From contig CAYUOU010000013.1 in assembly GCA_964446485.1 (NCBI GenBank), positions 1,183 through 65,182 of the forward strand: DNA of 64,000 nucleotides, read 5' to 3'. The notes under the pieces were generated by a model. It saw only the letters and a list, made by a program, of their open reading frames with translations. It was not told the DNA's origin and did no database searches. This stretch comes from an uncultured Desulfobacterales bacterium. Its GTDB lineage: Bacteria > Desulfobacterota > Desulfobacteria > Desulfobacterales > JBDRRP01. This document shows, piece by piece, positions 54,906-64,000 of the stretch (position 1 is the first letter of the stretch; the number at the start of each line of letters is the position of its first letter). A program made the position numbers and the translations under genes.

Positions 54906-54930
54906 TGATAAATGAATGAGCATTCATTCA
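54906..54930. promoter_or_regulatory. Putative TetR operator, copy A (upstream of the Fe-S oxidoreductase/etfBA genes)
   Basis: tgataaatgaatgagcattcattca is the exact reverse complement of 57707-57731. It contains the 8-2-8 palindrome AATGAATG-nn-CATTCATT and lies 127 nt upstream of the ATG at 54779. Confidence 0.65.
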
Positions 54931-55086
54931 CCAGTTATCGAGCGTCGCCCGCCCTGTCAAGAGAAAAAATCCGCCAAAACTGAGCTGCATGCCGGCATAC
55001 CGAGCATCGGAAGCACCTTCACTCCGGCCCATTACGCACACTTCAATCGAACTGTTCACACGTCCATGGGTCTGGGTTGATGGTGA

Positions 55087-56904
55087 TTATTTCCCGCAGA
55101 AAGCGTCTTCGGGTATCTCCACGGCAGCGCTGGTCATGGACAGGATGGCTTTCATTTTTCCGAAGGTCACCGGCAGGACGGCGCTGGTGAAGTACTCGGC
55201 ACTTTTCAGCTGGCCCTGATAAAAGGCCTCGTCCTTTTTCTTGGCGCCGCCGGCCAACTTCTCGGCGGCGATGCTGGCGCGCCACAGCAGCATCCAGGCC
55301 AACACCACGTCACCGGTCACCTCGAGAAACGGGTGCGCATAAGCGAAAGCGGTCATCACCTGGGGTGACATGGCTGTTGCCCCCATGTGCATGGCCACTT
55401 CGCCAAGTTTATTGAGGTGTTTTTCCACAGCCGCAGCCATGGATTGCGTCGCTTCGTGCTCCTTGGCGGCGGCGATGGTCTGTTGCATTTCTCCCATCAG
55501 ATCCATCACCGGCTTGCCCTTCTTCATGCCGAGTTTGCGGCCCAGCAGATCCATGGCTTGGATGCCGTTGGTCCCCTCATAGATCATGGTAATGCGGCAG
55601 TCCCTCAGGAGCTGCTCCTGGGGGTACTCCTTGATGAACCCGTAGCCGCCATAAACCTGCATTCCCTCGCTGCAGACCTCGAAGGACCTGTCGGTCACGT
55701 AGCCCTTGGCCACCGGCGTCAGGACTTCGATGATCCCCTGGTATCTTTCCTTTAATTCCGGGTCATCGCAAGTGTGGACCTTGTCGTCGCAATAAGCCAC
55801 GTAGTAAAGCAGGCTGCGGATCCCCTCCACATACGCCTTCATGCGCAGCAGCATGCGCCGCACATCGGGATGCTGAATGATGGGGACCGCCGGGGCCGTT
55901 TTATCCATCATCGTGAGCAAGTTTTTACCCTGGACCCGCTCACGCGCATAGTTAACGGCATTGAGGTAGGCATTGGTAGCGCAGGCAAATCCCTGAAGGC
56001 CCACCAGCAAACGGGCTTCGTTCATCATCAGGAACATGGCCCGCATGCCTTTGTTCTCTTCACCCAGCAGGGTGCCCCGGCACTGGCCTTTACCGCCGAG
56101 CGTGAGGCTGCAGGTAGAGTTGCCATGAATGCCCATTTTTTCTTCGATGCCCGTGCACACCACATCGTTGGGCTCGCCGAGGCTGCCGTCATCATTGACC
56201 CAGATCTTGGGGACCAGGAAGAGGCTGATTCCCGGCGTGCCTTCGGGGGCCCCTTCGATACGGGCCAGTACCGGGTGGATGATATTCTCGGACAAATTGT
56301 GGTCACCACCGGAGATGAATATTTTACTGCCGGTGATGGAATAGGTGCCGTCATCGTTTTTTACCGCCGATGTGGTGAGCGCGCCGACATCTGAACCGGC
56401 CTCGGGCTCGGTGAGCAGCATGGTGCCTGTCCATTTCCCCGAGTACATATTTTTCAGATACAACCGCTTTTGCTCGTCTGTTCCGAAGGTTTCCACCAGC
56501 TTGCCGGCGCCATGGGTCAACCCGGGATACATCATGAAGGCAAAATTGCCTCCCACGAGATAGTCGCTGGCCGCCATGGCCACCGTTTTTGGCATCCCCT
56601 GTCCGCCCCATTCGGGGTCTTCGCTCATGGCCAACCATTCGCCGTCCCGGATCAACTCGAAAGGTTTGCGAAAGCACTCGGGGACCGTCACCACGCCGTT
56701 GTCCAGGGAGCAACCGACTTCGTCTCCCTCCTTCTGGGTGGGCAGGATCTCTTTGATGGCCAGCGTTCGTGCTTCCTTGATGATCATGTCTATGGTCTTC
56801 TTATTGAATTCAGCGAACTTGTCATGGGCGCTGAACTGGTCGACCGACAGTTGCTCGTGAAGCACGAACTGGATATCCCGCAGGTCTGCAATTTGCTGTG
56901 CCAT
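55087..56904 (-). CDS. Acyl-CoA dehydrogenase, long form with extra C-terminal domain
   Basis: 605 aa: MLLTEPEAGSDVG, IFISGGDH, YEGTNGIQAMDL and the C-terminal AcdA/FadE-type extension. Confidence 0.85.
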   Translation of the reverse strand: MAQQIADLRDIQFVLHEQLSVDQFSAHDKFAEFNKKTIDMIIKEARTLAIKEILPTQKEGDEVGCSLDNGVVTVPECFRKPFELIRDGEWLAMSEDPEWGGQGMPKTVAMAASDYLVGGNFAFMMYPGLTHGAGKLVETFGTDEQKRLYLKNMYSGKWTGTMLLTEPEAGSDVGALTTSAVKNDDGTYSITGSKIFISGGDHNLSENIIHPVLARIEGAPEGTPGISLFLVPKIWVNDDGSLGEPNDVVCTGIEEKMGIHGNSTCSLTLGGKGQCRGTLLGEENKGMRAMFLMMNEARLLVGLQGFACATNAYLNAVNYARERVQGKNLLTMMDKTAPAVPIIQHPDVRRMLLRMKAYVEGIRSLLYYVAYCDDKVHTCDDPELKERYQGIIEVLTPVAKGYVTDRSFEVCSEGMQVYGGYGFIKEYPQEQLLRDCRITMIYEGTNGIQAMDLLGRKLGMKKGKPVMDLMGEMQQTIAAAKEHEATQSMAAAVEKHLNKLGEVAMHMGATAMSPQVMTAFAYAHPFLEVTGDVVLAWMLLWRASIAAEKLAGGAKKKDEAFYQGQLKSAEYFTSAVLPVTFGKMKAILSMTSAAVEIPEDAFCGK

Positions 56905-57037
56905 GGTGGGTCATCTCCTTAAATGTGGGGGGGTTAATCATTGCTATGGGGTTGCACCCTTGTGTTTTATCGCGGTGCGGGTCTCTTCGCTGCAGTTCGA
57001 CCGCGAACCGCCACTGCCGCCCGACGGCAGACAAAGA

Positions 57038-57721
57038 TCAGGCGGAGACGGCATCGCTGCCGTCTTCCGGATCACGACCTACGGCAATGCCGCGCATAAA
57101 GAGGTCCACCAGCGGCGCGGCCATGGACCCCAAATCATACTTGCCCTCCGAGTGGAGCCAGGTGTTGATCACCTCGTCCACGGCGCCGATGATAAAGCGT
57201 TTTACCAGGCCGACGTAAAGGTCCTTTCTGATACGCCCCTCCTGCTGCCCCTGCTCGAGGATTTCAGAGACCAAATCGTGGTAGAGTTTTGACATCTCGC
57301 GAATCTGCGCCTCACACATACGGCTCATGCGGCGGGTCTCGGCCTGATATACCACTGCCATATAACGATCGCGCTGGAACTCCTCCAGATGATGCTGGAT
57401 CAGGCAGCGGAGTTTTTCATCGGCCCCCTGGGCTTCATCCACCACTTCCCGAAAATGGGCGAACACCTGGCGGGTCTTGTTGCTGAAAAAATGCGCCATG
57501 ATGTCGTCTTTGTTCTTAAAATAAAGGTAAATGGTGCCATCTGCGACACCCGCCGCCCTGGCAATTTGACTGATGGTCGATTGGTGAAACCCCTGTTCGG
57601 CGAACACTCGGATGGCCGCATCCAGGATGCGCTGATACTTTCCGTTATTTTTCGCTCGGGTGCCGATGTCAAACCTCCTCACATGAATGCGCAGGGTCGA
57701 TGGATATGAATGAATGCTCAT
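57038..57721 (-). CDS. TetR/AcrR family transcriptional regulator
   Basis: HTH block [43 protein letters not shown]. The start codon lies inside the palindromic operator. Confidence 0.85.
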   Translation of the reverse strand: MSIHSYPSTLRIHVRRFDIGTRAKNNGKYQRILDAAIRVFAEQGFHQSTISQIARAAGVADGTIYLYFKNKDDIMAHFFSNKTRQVFAHFREVVDEAQGADEKLRCLIQHHLEEFQRDRYMAVVYQAETRRMSRMCEAQIREMSKLYHDLVSEILEQGQQEGRIRKDLYVGLVKRFIIGAVDEVINTWLHSEGKYDLGSMAAPLVDLFMRGIAVGRDPEDGSDAVSA

Positions 57722-57731
57722 TCATTTATCA
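57707..57731. promoter_or_regulatory. Putative TetR operator, copy B (overlaps the tetR start codon)
   Basis: tgaatgaatgctcattcatttatca, with the core aatgaatg-ct-cattcatt at 57709-57726. The tetR ATG is at 57721-57719. Confidence 0.65.
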
Positions 57732-58543
57732 AAGAGCCATTGCCGCTGTCAAGCCTCAAAATAATCCAGATCCAAAAAACTGTTTAAAAATTTTCACGTT
57801 TATTTTCAAATAGTTAATAAACATTTTGCGGGTTAGCCCATCATTGGCCACCCTTCGCGAGGCCCGGGCATAAGCAGAATGAACTAATATTCAGCTCGCT
57901 TCCTAAATATGGACAATCGCAGCTGTCAACGATCTCAGCAGGCTGCTGAAAAACGTGAGGAGCGCAGGATAGACAAGGCGAAATCCGGTGGGAAGGCGGC
58001 AGCGGTGTGCCATCGTATGGTGGCGAGGGTTTTGAATGAACGGATAGGGCGCTTTCTGTACCGACAGCCTGCTGCGGGTCATTCCGTTTTTGGATGCGTC
58101 GTGTGTACCGGAAGCAAGACGGTGAACGTGCTCCCTTCCCCGGGAGCGCTGGCCACCTCGATGTGGACAACGGTGAGCGCAGTTCCTTAAACGCATAAAG
58201 CGTTGCCATTCTCATTTTGCTATCCTATCGGGATTATGCGGATAGTTGTGTATGACAAAAATTCCAAGGTCAACCCAAGTCATTCCTCAAACCGCATTAT
58301 ATTGGCAACAGTTCTCGGTCCAGATATACTCATCATATCGAAATGTTGGCGAAATTGTGATAGTGGCATTGTTACGAAGCATTTGTTTTGTGGATTTGGG
58401 TAACAGTTGAAATTCATTGTTTTTTAGGCATGTAACGGATATTATTCCCCAATTGGTCTTATTAGAAAACTGTCGATGGATTGTTTATTGCGACTTCGTT
58501 TTTATGGCGGGCTGCACAGGTAGCATACAGGAGGATTCTTCCC

Positions 58544-59845
58544 GTGGATAATTGCAGAAGATTCGGTTTGACCGGTGTGTGTTTGTTGTTGTTTGGCATC
58601 ACAGCAAACGCGCGTGCCGAGACCCTTTATGAGGCCGTCCAGCAGGTCCTGACGACGAATCCACAGGTCAGGGTCCAGGTTTATAACCGGCTGGCTGCGG
58701 ACGAAGATCTGCGGGGCGCAAAATCGGGCTTCTACCCGACCCTGCGTGCAGAAGCGGGTGCCGGAGTCGCCCGGCACCGCAAGCCGACTGACGAAGATCT
58801 CGATCCCCGTGAAGTGGTGCTGACCCTGAACCAGAACCTGTTCAATGGCTTCGGCACCTACCACAAAATCGGACAGCAAAAAGCGCGGGTCGAAGCGGCT
58901 GCCTACCGGGTCCAGGGAACCTCCGAAGCATTGGCGTTGGAAGTCTGCCGTACCTACCTGAACGTGCTGCGGATGCAGCAGTTAAAGCAGTTTGCCAAGG
59001 AAAACCTCGATATCCACGCCAGGATTCTCGCAAAAGTTCAACAACGCAGCGATTCCGGTGTCGGCACCAAGGCCGATACCGAGCAGGTCAAAGGCCGGCT
59101 GGCCCTGGCCCAGTCCAACTTCCTGGTTGCTGAAACCAACCTGCAGGATGCTTACAGCGCCTACCTTGCGGTGGTCGGTCATATGCCGGAGACCCTGGTC
59201 GATCCTGCCTCCCCGGGCAACGCGATGCCCGCCGATTCAGACGCGGCAATTGCCCTGGCAGTGCAGAATAGCCCGAACATCAAGGCTGCCGTCTCGGATC
59301 TGATATCCCGAGAGAAGCAGTACTCGGCCCTGCAGTCTCCCTATTACCCGAGCGTCGACGTGGTGGTTGAGCAGCGTTGGGACGAGGAGGTCACCGCCGT
59401 GGACACAGAGCGGGATGAGACCACGGTCATGCTGAAGATCAGCTACACCCTGTTCAGCGGTTTCAGCGATTCCAGTCGTAAAGGCAGTGCCTTGCAGCAG
59501 GTCAGCGCGGCAAAAGAAAGCCGCAATGAAGCTGAGCGCAAAGTCGTCGAGTCGGTGCGGCTCTCCTGGGTGGCTTACCAGTCCAACCAGACCCGGACCA
59601 AACTGCTCGAGGACCGGGTCAGGTACAGTCGTGAAACGGCCACGGCCTATGCCCAGCAGTTTGAGCTGGGGCGACGCACTCTGCTTGATGTCCTGAATGC
59701 CGAGGCCGAAGTGACCAGTGCCAAGTCGGAGTTGACCGGGGCGGAATATGATCTTCTGCTTGCCCAGTACCGCGTGTTGAGCGGTACCGGTGGACTAGTT
59801 GACTATTTTGGTCTAGAATGGCCGCACGAGAGCGTTGTCGAGTAA
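58544..59845 (+). CDS. tolC: TolC-family outer membrane efflux/type I secretion protein
   Basis: Signal peptide RRFGLTGVCLLLFGITANARA-ETL, then two OEP repeats (LYEAVQQVLTTNPQV...; AIALAVQNSPNIKAA...). Start proposed at GTG 58544, which is 9 nt after AGGAGG (58529-58534). The track ATG at 58481 is the alternative. Confidence 0.85.
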   Translation: MDNCRRFGLTGVCLLLFGITANARAETLYEAVQQVLTTNPQVRVQVYNRLAADEDLRGAKSGFYPTLRAEAGAGVARHRKPTDEDLDPREVVLTLNQNLFNGFGTYHKIGQQKARVEAAAYRVQGTSEALALEVCRTYLNVLRMQQLKQFAKENLDIHARILAKVQQRSDSGVGTKADTEQVKGRLALAQSNFLVAETNLQDAYSAYLAVVGHMPETLVDPASPGNAMPADSDAAIALAVQNSPNIKAAVSDLISREKQYSALQSPYYPSVDVVVEQRWDEEVTAVDTERDETTVMLKISYTLFSGFSDSSRKGSALQQVSAAKESRNEAERKVVESVRLSWVAYQSNQTRTKLLEDRVRYSRETATAYAQQFELGRRTLLDVLNAEAEVTSAKSELTGAEYDLLLAQYRVLSGTGGLVDYFGLEWPHESVVE

Positions 59846-60159
59846 AACATGTTCCGGAGGCCGCTGGCGGCCCGGAGTCCCTTCGCAACAAAGATCCTGA
59901 TGCCGGCAGTCTCTGGTGCTTTCTCGATGGTTTTCGCATCGTGCTCTGAAAAGCCGGCAGGGAGTGGGGGGCGGATTTCATCACGGATCGGTCCTGAACG
60001 ACGTAAGCCGGGCAACGGCCTGAGTTGCTTTCCCCACCTTCTTTTGTCGTGAAAAGTTAAATGGTTGTCGCCTGACGACAAGGCGAATTCCTATAAGTTC
60101 TGCGAAAATAAGGGCAAGCGAAAATTTGCCAACAGCGATACCAGACCTGGAGACACCCA

Positions 60160-63100
60160 ATGAATACAGATCAGACTTTGACGCCTTCCCACGGCAAGAG
60201 CATCACCATCACCCAGGCCTGCCGGGCCCAGATGATCACCGGGCAGGCATATATTCTCGGTAAACAGGGTGAACATATTCCGCTGCAAAACGGCCAGGCC
60301 CTTTCTCCCGGTGACGTTATCGTCATCGAAAACGGAACAGTGGTGTTTTCCGTGCCTGACGGGCGTTTCATTGCCCTGATGAGCGAAGACCAGTTTTTCC
60401 CGGATGCGCAGAGTGAAGAGAAGAAAGAGGCGCTGACGGATAAAGCCGAGTCGGACAGGGATTCTTCCGAGCCGGAGCAGTCAGACCAGGATTCGGACCA
60501 GCCACGGGAAATTGCGCAGGGAAGCAGCCTGGCCCTGCCGTTTGAACTGTCCCTGACCGCCCTGGAGGTCGATCCGCTTACGGGCGGCACCAACACCGCT
60601 GCCGCGGGATTCGCTTCCGCCGAAAAAGAATTGTCGGTGAGGATTGCTGAAGTCAGTGACGACGGTCAGGGGGGATTTCCTTCCGCTGGTGGTGGCATCA
60701 TTCACTCCTTCGCTCCCGGTCTTGTCACCTATATTGATGGTTCGGCGATGACCGGTCCGCCTCCGACTGATGCTGTCATTGGCGGTGTCGACAGCGGGCA
60801 GGTCGTCGAGGACTCGGTGCTCAATACCGGCGGCCGACTGACGATCTCCGATCTCAACCCCAATCAGGATCACTTTGTTCCCCGGGCGATTCCGGTAGCA
60901 GGCGGGTTGTTCACCATCTCTGCCGATGGTCAGTGGGCTTTTGCGCTGAACGGTAACGCACCGGAAGTCCAGGCCTTGGCAGCCGGAGAAACCGCACTGC
61001 GCACCTTCACGGTCCAAAGTGCAGACGGCACCAGCCATCAGCTGACCGTGACCATCGTCGGCACCAACGACGCCCCGACCCTGGGTATTGCCGGGACGGA
61101 TGCAAGTCACGGGACTCTGCAGGGGCAGGATGCCGATACGAAAGACACGCTGACGTATAGCGTCGATCACGGTGCCGGACAGTTCGGAACCCTCAGTGTG
61201 GATCCGACATCAGGAAGTTATACCTACACCCCGAACCAGTCGGTAAAGGGGATGACCTACGATCCGGTCAGCAACAGCTTCCACGGTCAGGATACCTTTA
61301 CTGTCAAAGTCGATGACGGTCACGGCGGGTCCACGACACAGACCATGACGTTCGATGCCTCAGGCCATGTGACGTTGGTCAACGGGGCACCGACACCGAT
61401 CGTCAATGTACCGACACCAGGTAATACCCCTCCAGGCGGAACCCCTGGCGTCATTCCGGGACAAACACCTGCAACTACGCAAACGCTTGGCGGTACCCAG
61501 GGAAGCGGCAACCAGGGCAGTACGACCGGAGGGCCCACCAGCGGATCAACCGGCGGTGGCGGCCACCAGAACCAGGTTACCATCGACCTCGACAGTAAGT
61601 CCGATGCAGGCACATCCAACAGCGACAACCTCACCAACGACACGACACCGACCATCACGGGAAGCACGACGGTGCCGTTTTCAAGTGTCGAGATCTTCGA
61701 CGGCACGACATCTCTAGGGAAAGTCACCTCCGATGCCAGCGGCCACTACAGCTTCACCCCGACGACTCCACTGAGTGAAGCCATGCACAACCTGCATGTG
61801 GTCGCGACGGACATGAGTGGGACCAGCGGCACCTCGTCCGACCTTGGCGTGACGATTGATTCCTCGCTGACAGCAGGTGATGCCTCTACCACAGTAACCG
61901 AAGACCAGGGTACAGATTCCACAGGGCATATCCCACTGGATACCGGTGCGAAGGTCACTTCCACGGATGTACAGGGCCAATACGGCACCTATCATTTTCA
62001 ACCCGATGGTTCCTTTACCTACTCGCTCAACCCCAACGCGCAGACCCTACGTGAAGGCCAGGTCGTCACCGACCCGGTAAGCTACAGTGTCACCGATGCG
62101 GCAGGCAATACCGCCAGTGCGACGCTGACCGCGACTATTACCGGCACCAACGATGCGCCGCACCTGATGATCGTCCCGCCGGTATCGATGCTCGAAGGCT
62201 CGCCGCTCTTTAGCAACCATCTTTCCGCTCTCGATGTCGACAGCCATGACACCCTGACCTACCGGGCGACGGCACCGGTGGCGGGTTTGACGGTCAATCC
62301 GGACGGAAGCTACACATTCGATCCATCCAATCCGGCCTATGAGCATCTGGCCATGGGCCAAAAGCAGGTCATCAGTGTTCCGGTGGAAGTGGTTGACGGA
62401 TCGGGTGCAAGCTCAACGCATACGCTTGAAATCACTGTGCTCGGCACCAATGATGCGCCGGCGCTGGACATTACCCCATCGCGGCTTGTCGATGAGGGGA
62501 CTGCCGTCATTCAGGGCGACCTGACCGCCAGCGACAAGGATGATGGTGCTAAATTGAGCTTCAGTCTTGGCCAGCATATCCCGGGTTTGACGCTCGATGC
62601 CAACGGTCACTACAGCTTTGACCCGACCGATCCGCATTACAACCAGATCCCGGATGGACAGAGAGCGTTAATCAGTGTGCCGCTGATTGTTACCGACGAA
62701 CATGGCGGTCATAGCACCGGCCAGCTGCAGATCACAGTAGTCGGTACCAACGATGTGCCGATTGTCGGCGGCATCGACCATGCGGTCGGTTCTGTGGCCG
62801 GGGCACAAGGACATGCTCTTAGAATCTCTGATCACCTGGTCGTTTTAGATCTCGACCAGGGTGAAAGCCATTTTCAGCCGCAGATGATCAAGGGTACTTA
62901 TGGTGTGTTGAACATCAGTGCAGATGGCACCTGGAACTATGTTGCCGACACCTCGCAACCGGCACTGGGGTCCTTGCAGGGCACCCAGCATGCCTCTGAG
63001 CATTTCACTGTCAGAACGGCAGACGGCACCACCCATGATATCGACCTGAATATCCAGGGCAGCAATAACCCTGCTATTTTTGCAGGTACCTCCTCAGGTA

Positions 63101-64000
63101 TGATCAAAGAAGATAACCCTGGAATTATCCAGAACCACATCGATGTCATCGATCCCAATGCAGGCGAGGCGGCTTTTCAGCCGGTTGACCGGAGCACACA
63201 GTACGGTCATTTTACTATTAATGCTAACGGTGACTGGACCTATCAACTCGATAACACGAATCCGACCGTCAATGCTCTGACAGACGGTCAGCCACTCACT
63301 GAAAGCATCACGGTCGGCAGTGTCGACGGTACGCCTAAAATCATCACGGTGACAATTCTCGGCGCTAACGATGCGGCGATTATCAGTGGTACACATACCG
63401 GAGGCCTGGTTGAAGACGACACTCGTGGCGGCTCTACGCTCGATGCCGACGGTCAGCTCGTTGTCACAGACCCGGATGCCGGGGAAGCGCATTTTGTCGC
63501 TATGCAGGGCATTGCCGGCAGCAACGGCTACGGCAGCTTCAGCATCGATGCCAGCGGCCACTGGAGCTACAGTGCCGACAACACCGACCCGCGCATCCAG
63601 GCGCTCAAACAAGGCCAGCCCGTGACCGACAGTGTCGACGTATTTACCGCCGACGGCACCCGACAGACCATTACGGTGACCCTGACGGGCACCAACGATG
63701 CCGCCGTCATCAGCGGCACCAGCGTCGGTGCGGTCACCGAAGAGGCGGTTTCCGGAACGACCTCCAACCTGGTGGTCTCGGGCGACCTTCAGGTCAGCGA
63801 CGTGGACGCCGGCGAGGCCCGATTCGATGTGCAGCATGGCGATACGGATCAGGGCCACGGGAAATTCATCATGCTGCCCACCGGGCGCTGGACCTTCATC
63901 GCGAGTAACGCAGACCCTGCCATTCAGGCTCTGGGAGCGGGCCAGAAGCTCACCGACAGCTTTGAAATCCACAGCAAGGACGGCACCACCCACACCGTCA
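60160..64000 (+). CDS. Giant LapA/RTX-like VCBS-repeat adhesin (T1SS substrate) with N-terminal retention-module-like domain; 3' end beyond the window
   Basis: Not in the ORF track (no stop in the window). Own translation from ATG 60160 (ggag lies 8 nt upstream) is open for 1280 codons: MNTDQTLTPSHGKSITITQACRAQMITGQAYILGKQGEHIPLQNGQALSPGDVIVIENGTVVFSVPDG... An acidic linker, TAAAG and a P/G/T-rich linker follow. There is a bacterial Ig-like module (NLTNDTTPTITG). Seven repeats of about 100 aa end in (V/T/L)G(T/A/S)N(D/N)(A/V/P)(P/A). Confidence 0.85.
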   Translation, partial: MNTDQTLTPSHGKSITITQACRAQMITGQAYILGKQGEHIPLQNGQALSPGDVIVIENGTVVFSVPDGRFIALMSEDQFFPDAQSEEKKEALTDKAESDRDSSEPEQSDQDSDQPREIAQGSSLALPFELSLTALEVDPLTGGTNTAAAGFASAEKELSVRIAEVSDDGQGGFPSAGGGIIHSFAPGLVTYIDGSAMTGPPPTDAVIGGVDSGQVVEDSVLNTGGRLTISDLNPNQDHFVPRAIPVAGGLFTISADGQWAFALNGNAPEVQALAAGETALRTFTVQSADGTSHQLTVTIVGTNDAPTLGIAGTDASHGTLQGQDADTKDTLTYSVDHGAGQFGTLSVDPTSGSYTYTPNQSVKGMTYDPVSNSFHGQDTFTVKVDDGHGGSTTQTMTFDASGHVTLVNGAPTPIVNVPTPGNTPPGGTPGVIPGQTPATTQTLGGTQGSGNQGSTTGGPTSGSTGGGGHQNQVTIDLDSKSDAGTSNSDNLTNDTTPTITGSTTVPFSSVEIFDGTTSLGKVTSDASGHYSFTPTTPLSEAMHNLHVVATDMSGTSGTSSDLGVTIDSSLTAGDASTTVTEDQGTDSTGHIPLDTGAKVTSTDVQGQYGTYHFQPDGSFTYSLNPNAQTLREGQVVTDPVSYSVTDAAGNTASATLTATITGTNDAPHLMIVPPVSMLEGSPLFSNHLSALDVDSHDTLTYRATAPVAGLTVNPDGSYTFDPSNPAYEHLAMGQKQVISVPVEVVDGSGASSTHTLEITVLGTNDAPALDITPSRLVDEGTAVIQGDLTASDKDDGAKLSFSLGQHIPGLTLDANGHYSFDPTDPHYNQIPDGQRALISVPLIVTDEHGGHSTGQLQITVVGTNDVPIVGGIDHAVGSVAGAQGHALRISDHLVVLDLDQGESHFQPQMIKGTYGVLNISADGTWNYVADTSQPALGSLQGTQHASEHFTVRTADGTTHDIDLNIQGSNNPAIFAGTSSGMIKEDNPGIIQNHIDVIDPNAGEAAFQPVDRSTQYGHFTINANGDWTYQLDNTNPTVNALTDGQPLTESITVGSVDGTPKIITVTILGANDAAIISGTHTGGLVEDDTRGGSTLDADGQLVVTDPDAGEAHFVAMQGIAGSNGYGSFSIDASGHWSYSADNTDPRIQALKQGQPVTDSVDVFTADGTRQTITVTLTGTNDAAVISGTSVGAVTEEAVSGTTSNLVVSGDLQVSDVDAGEARFDVQHGDTDQGHGKFIMLPTGRWTFIASNADPAIQALGAGQKLTDSFEIHSKDGTTHTV

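Noticed and set aside
59846-60159. Possible c-di-GMP riboswitch or other leader upstream of the adhesin gene
   Set aside because: I looked for GEMM-I-like GGCAAACC...GACGCAAAGCC elements. Only a vague aagggcaagcgaaaatttgcc hairpin is present, which is not enough to call. A covariance-model scan (Rfam) would be needed.
60171-63993. Minus-strand ORFs 60171..60596, 60481..61170, 61320..61727 and 63094..63993 (up to 299 aa)
   Set aside because: They are antisense to the continuous 1280-codon adhesin frame with periodic VCBS repeats. Their translations are Gly/Arg/Val-rich with no recognisable domains.
1-64000. rRNA, tRNA or tmRNA genes
   Set aside because: Scanning the intergenic gaps by eye showed no cloverleaf-like or rRNA-like sequence. 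This is not a substitute for tRNAscan or Infernal, so small RNAs cannot be excluded.

Overview
The window reads as a Desulfobacterota-like chromosome segment of about 55% GC; the taxon is an inference. Almost all genes lie on the minus strand.

(1) 1-34.6 kb: a large surface-polysaccharide locus.
- A U32 peptidase-family gene is cut by the left edge and is missing from the ORF track.
- Export and polymerisation genes: Wzy-like ligase/polymerase, Wzc-like co-polymerase/tyrosine kinase, and a Wza-like exporter fused to a 7-bladed FG-GAP propeller.
- An ExeA-like ATPase and a degenerate HD-GYP protein with tandem SPOR domains sit upstream in the same gene string.
- Sugar-modifying and assembly genes: WecA-like initiating transferase, PIG-L deacetylase, WbqC, two AsnB-type amidotransferases, about 9 glycosyltransferases and 3 methyltransferases.
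- A decayed IS200 element and a split wzm/wzt ABC exporter are also present.
- The 3' part (about 27-32 kb) is strongly AT-rich, and its boundary appears to fall inside wzt.

(2) 34.6-37.2 kb: a toxin-antitoxin islet. It holds two tandem MntA-HepT pairs and a Phd antitoxin with a frameshifted ParE/RelE toxin.

(3) 37.4-50.5 kb: two RND pump/adaptor pairs. They flank a translationally coupled CooC-like ATPase and Ski2-like helicase, plus an HD-domain gene.

(4) 50.7-57.7 kb: TetR, acyl-CoA dehydrogenase, membrane Fe-S oxidoreductase and EtfBA. An identical 25-nt palindromic operator occurs at two sites.

(5) 58.5-64 kb: TolC, then a giant LapA-like VCBS-repeat adhesin that is open at the right edge and absent from the ORF track.

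Two REP-like hairpin families populate the intergenic gaps. No rRNA, tRNA or CRISPR array was found.

My best candidate for an undescribed system is the HD-GYP(degenerate)-SPOR / ExeA-like ATPase / FG-GAP-OPX export module at 4.7-9.9 kb. This is a hypothesis built from motifs read by eye, without any database search.
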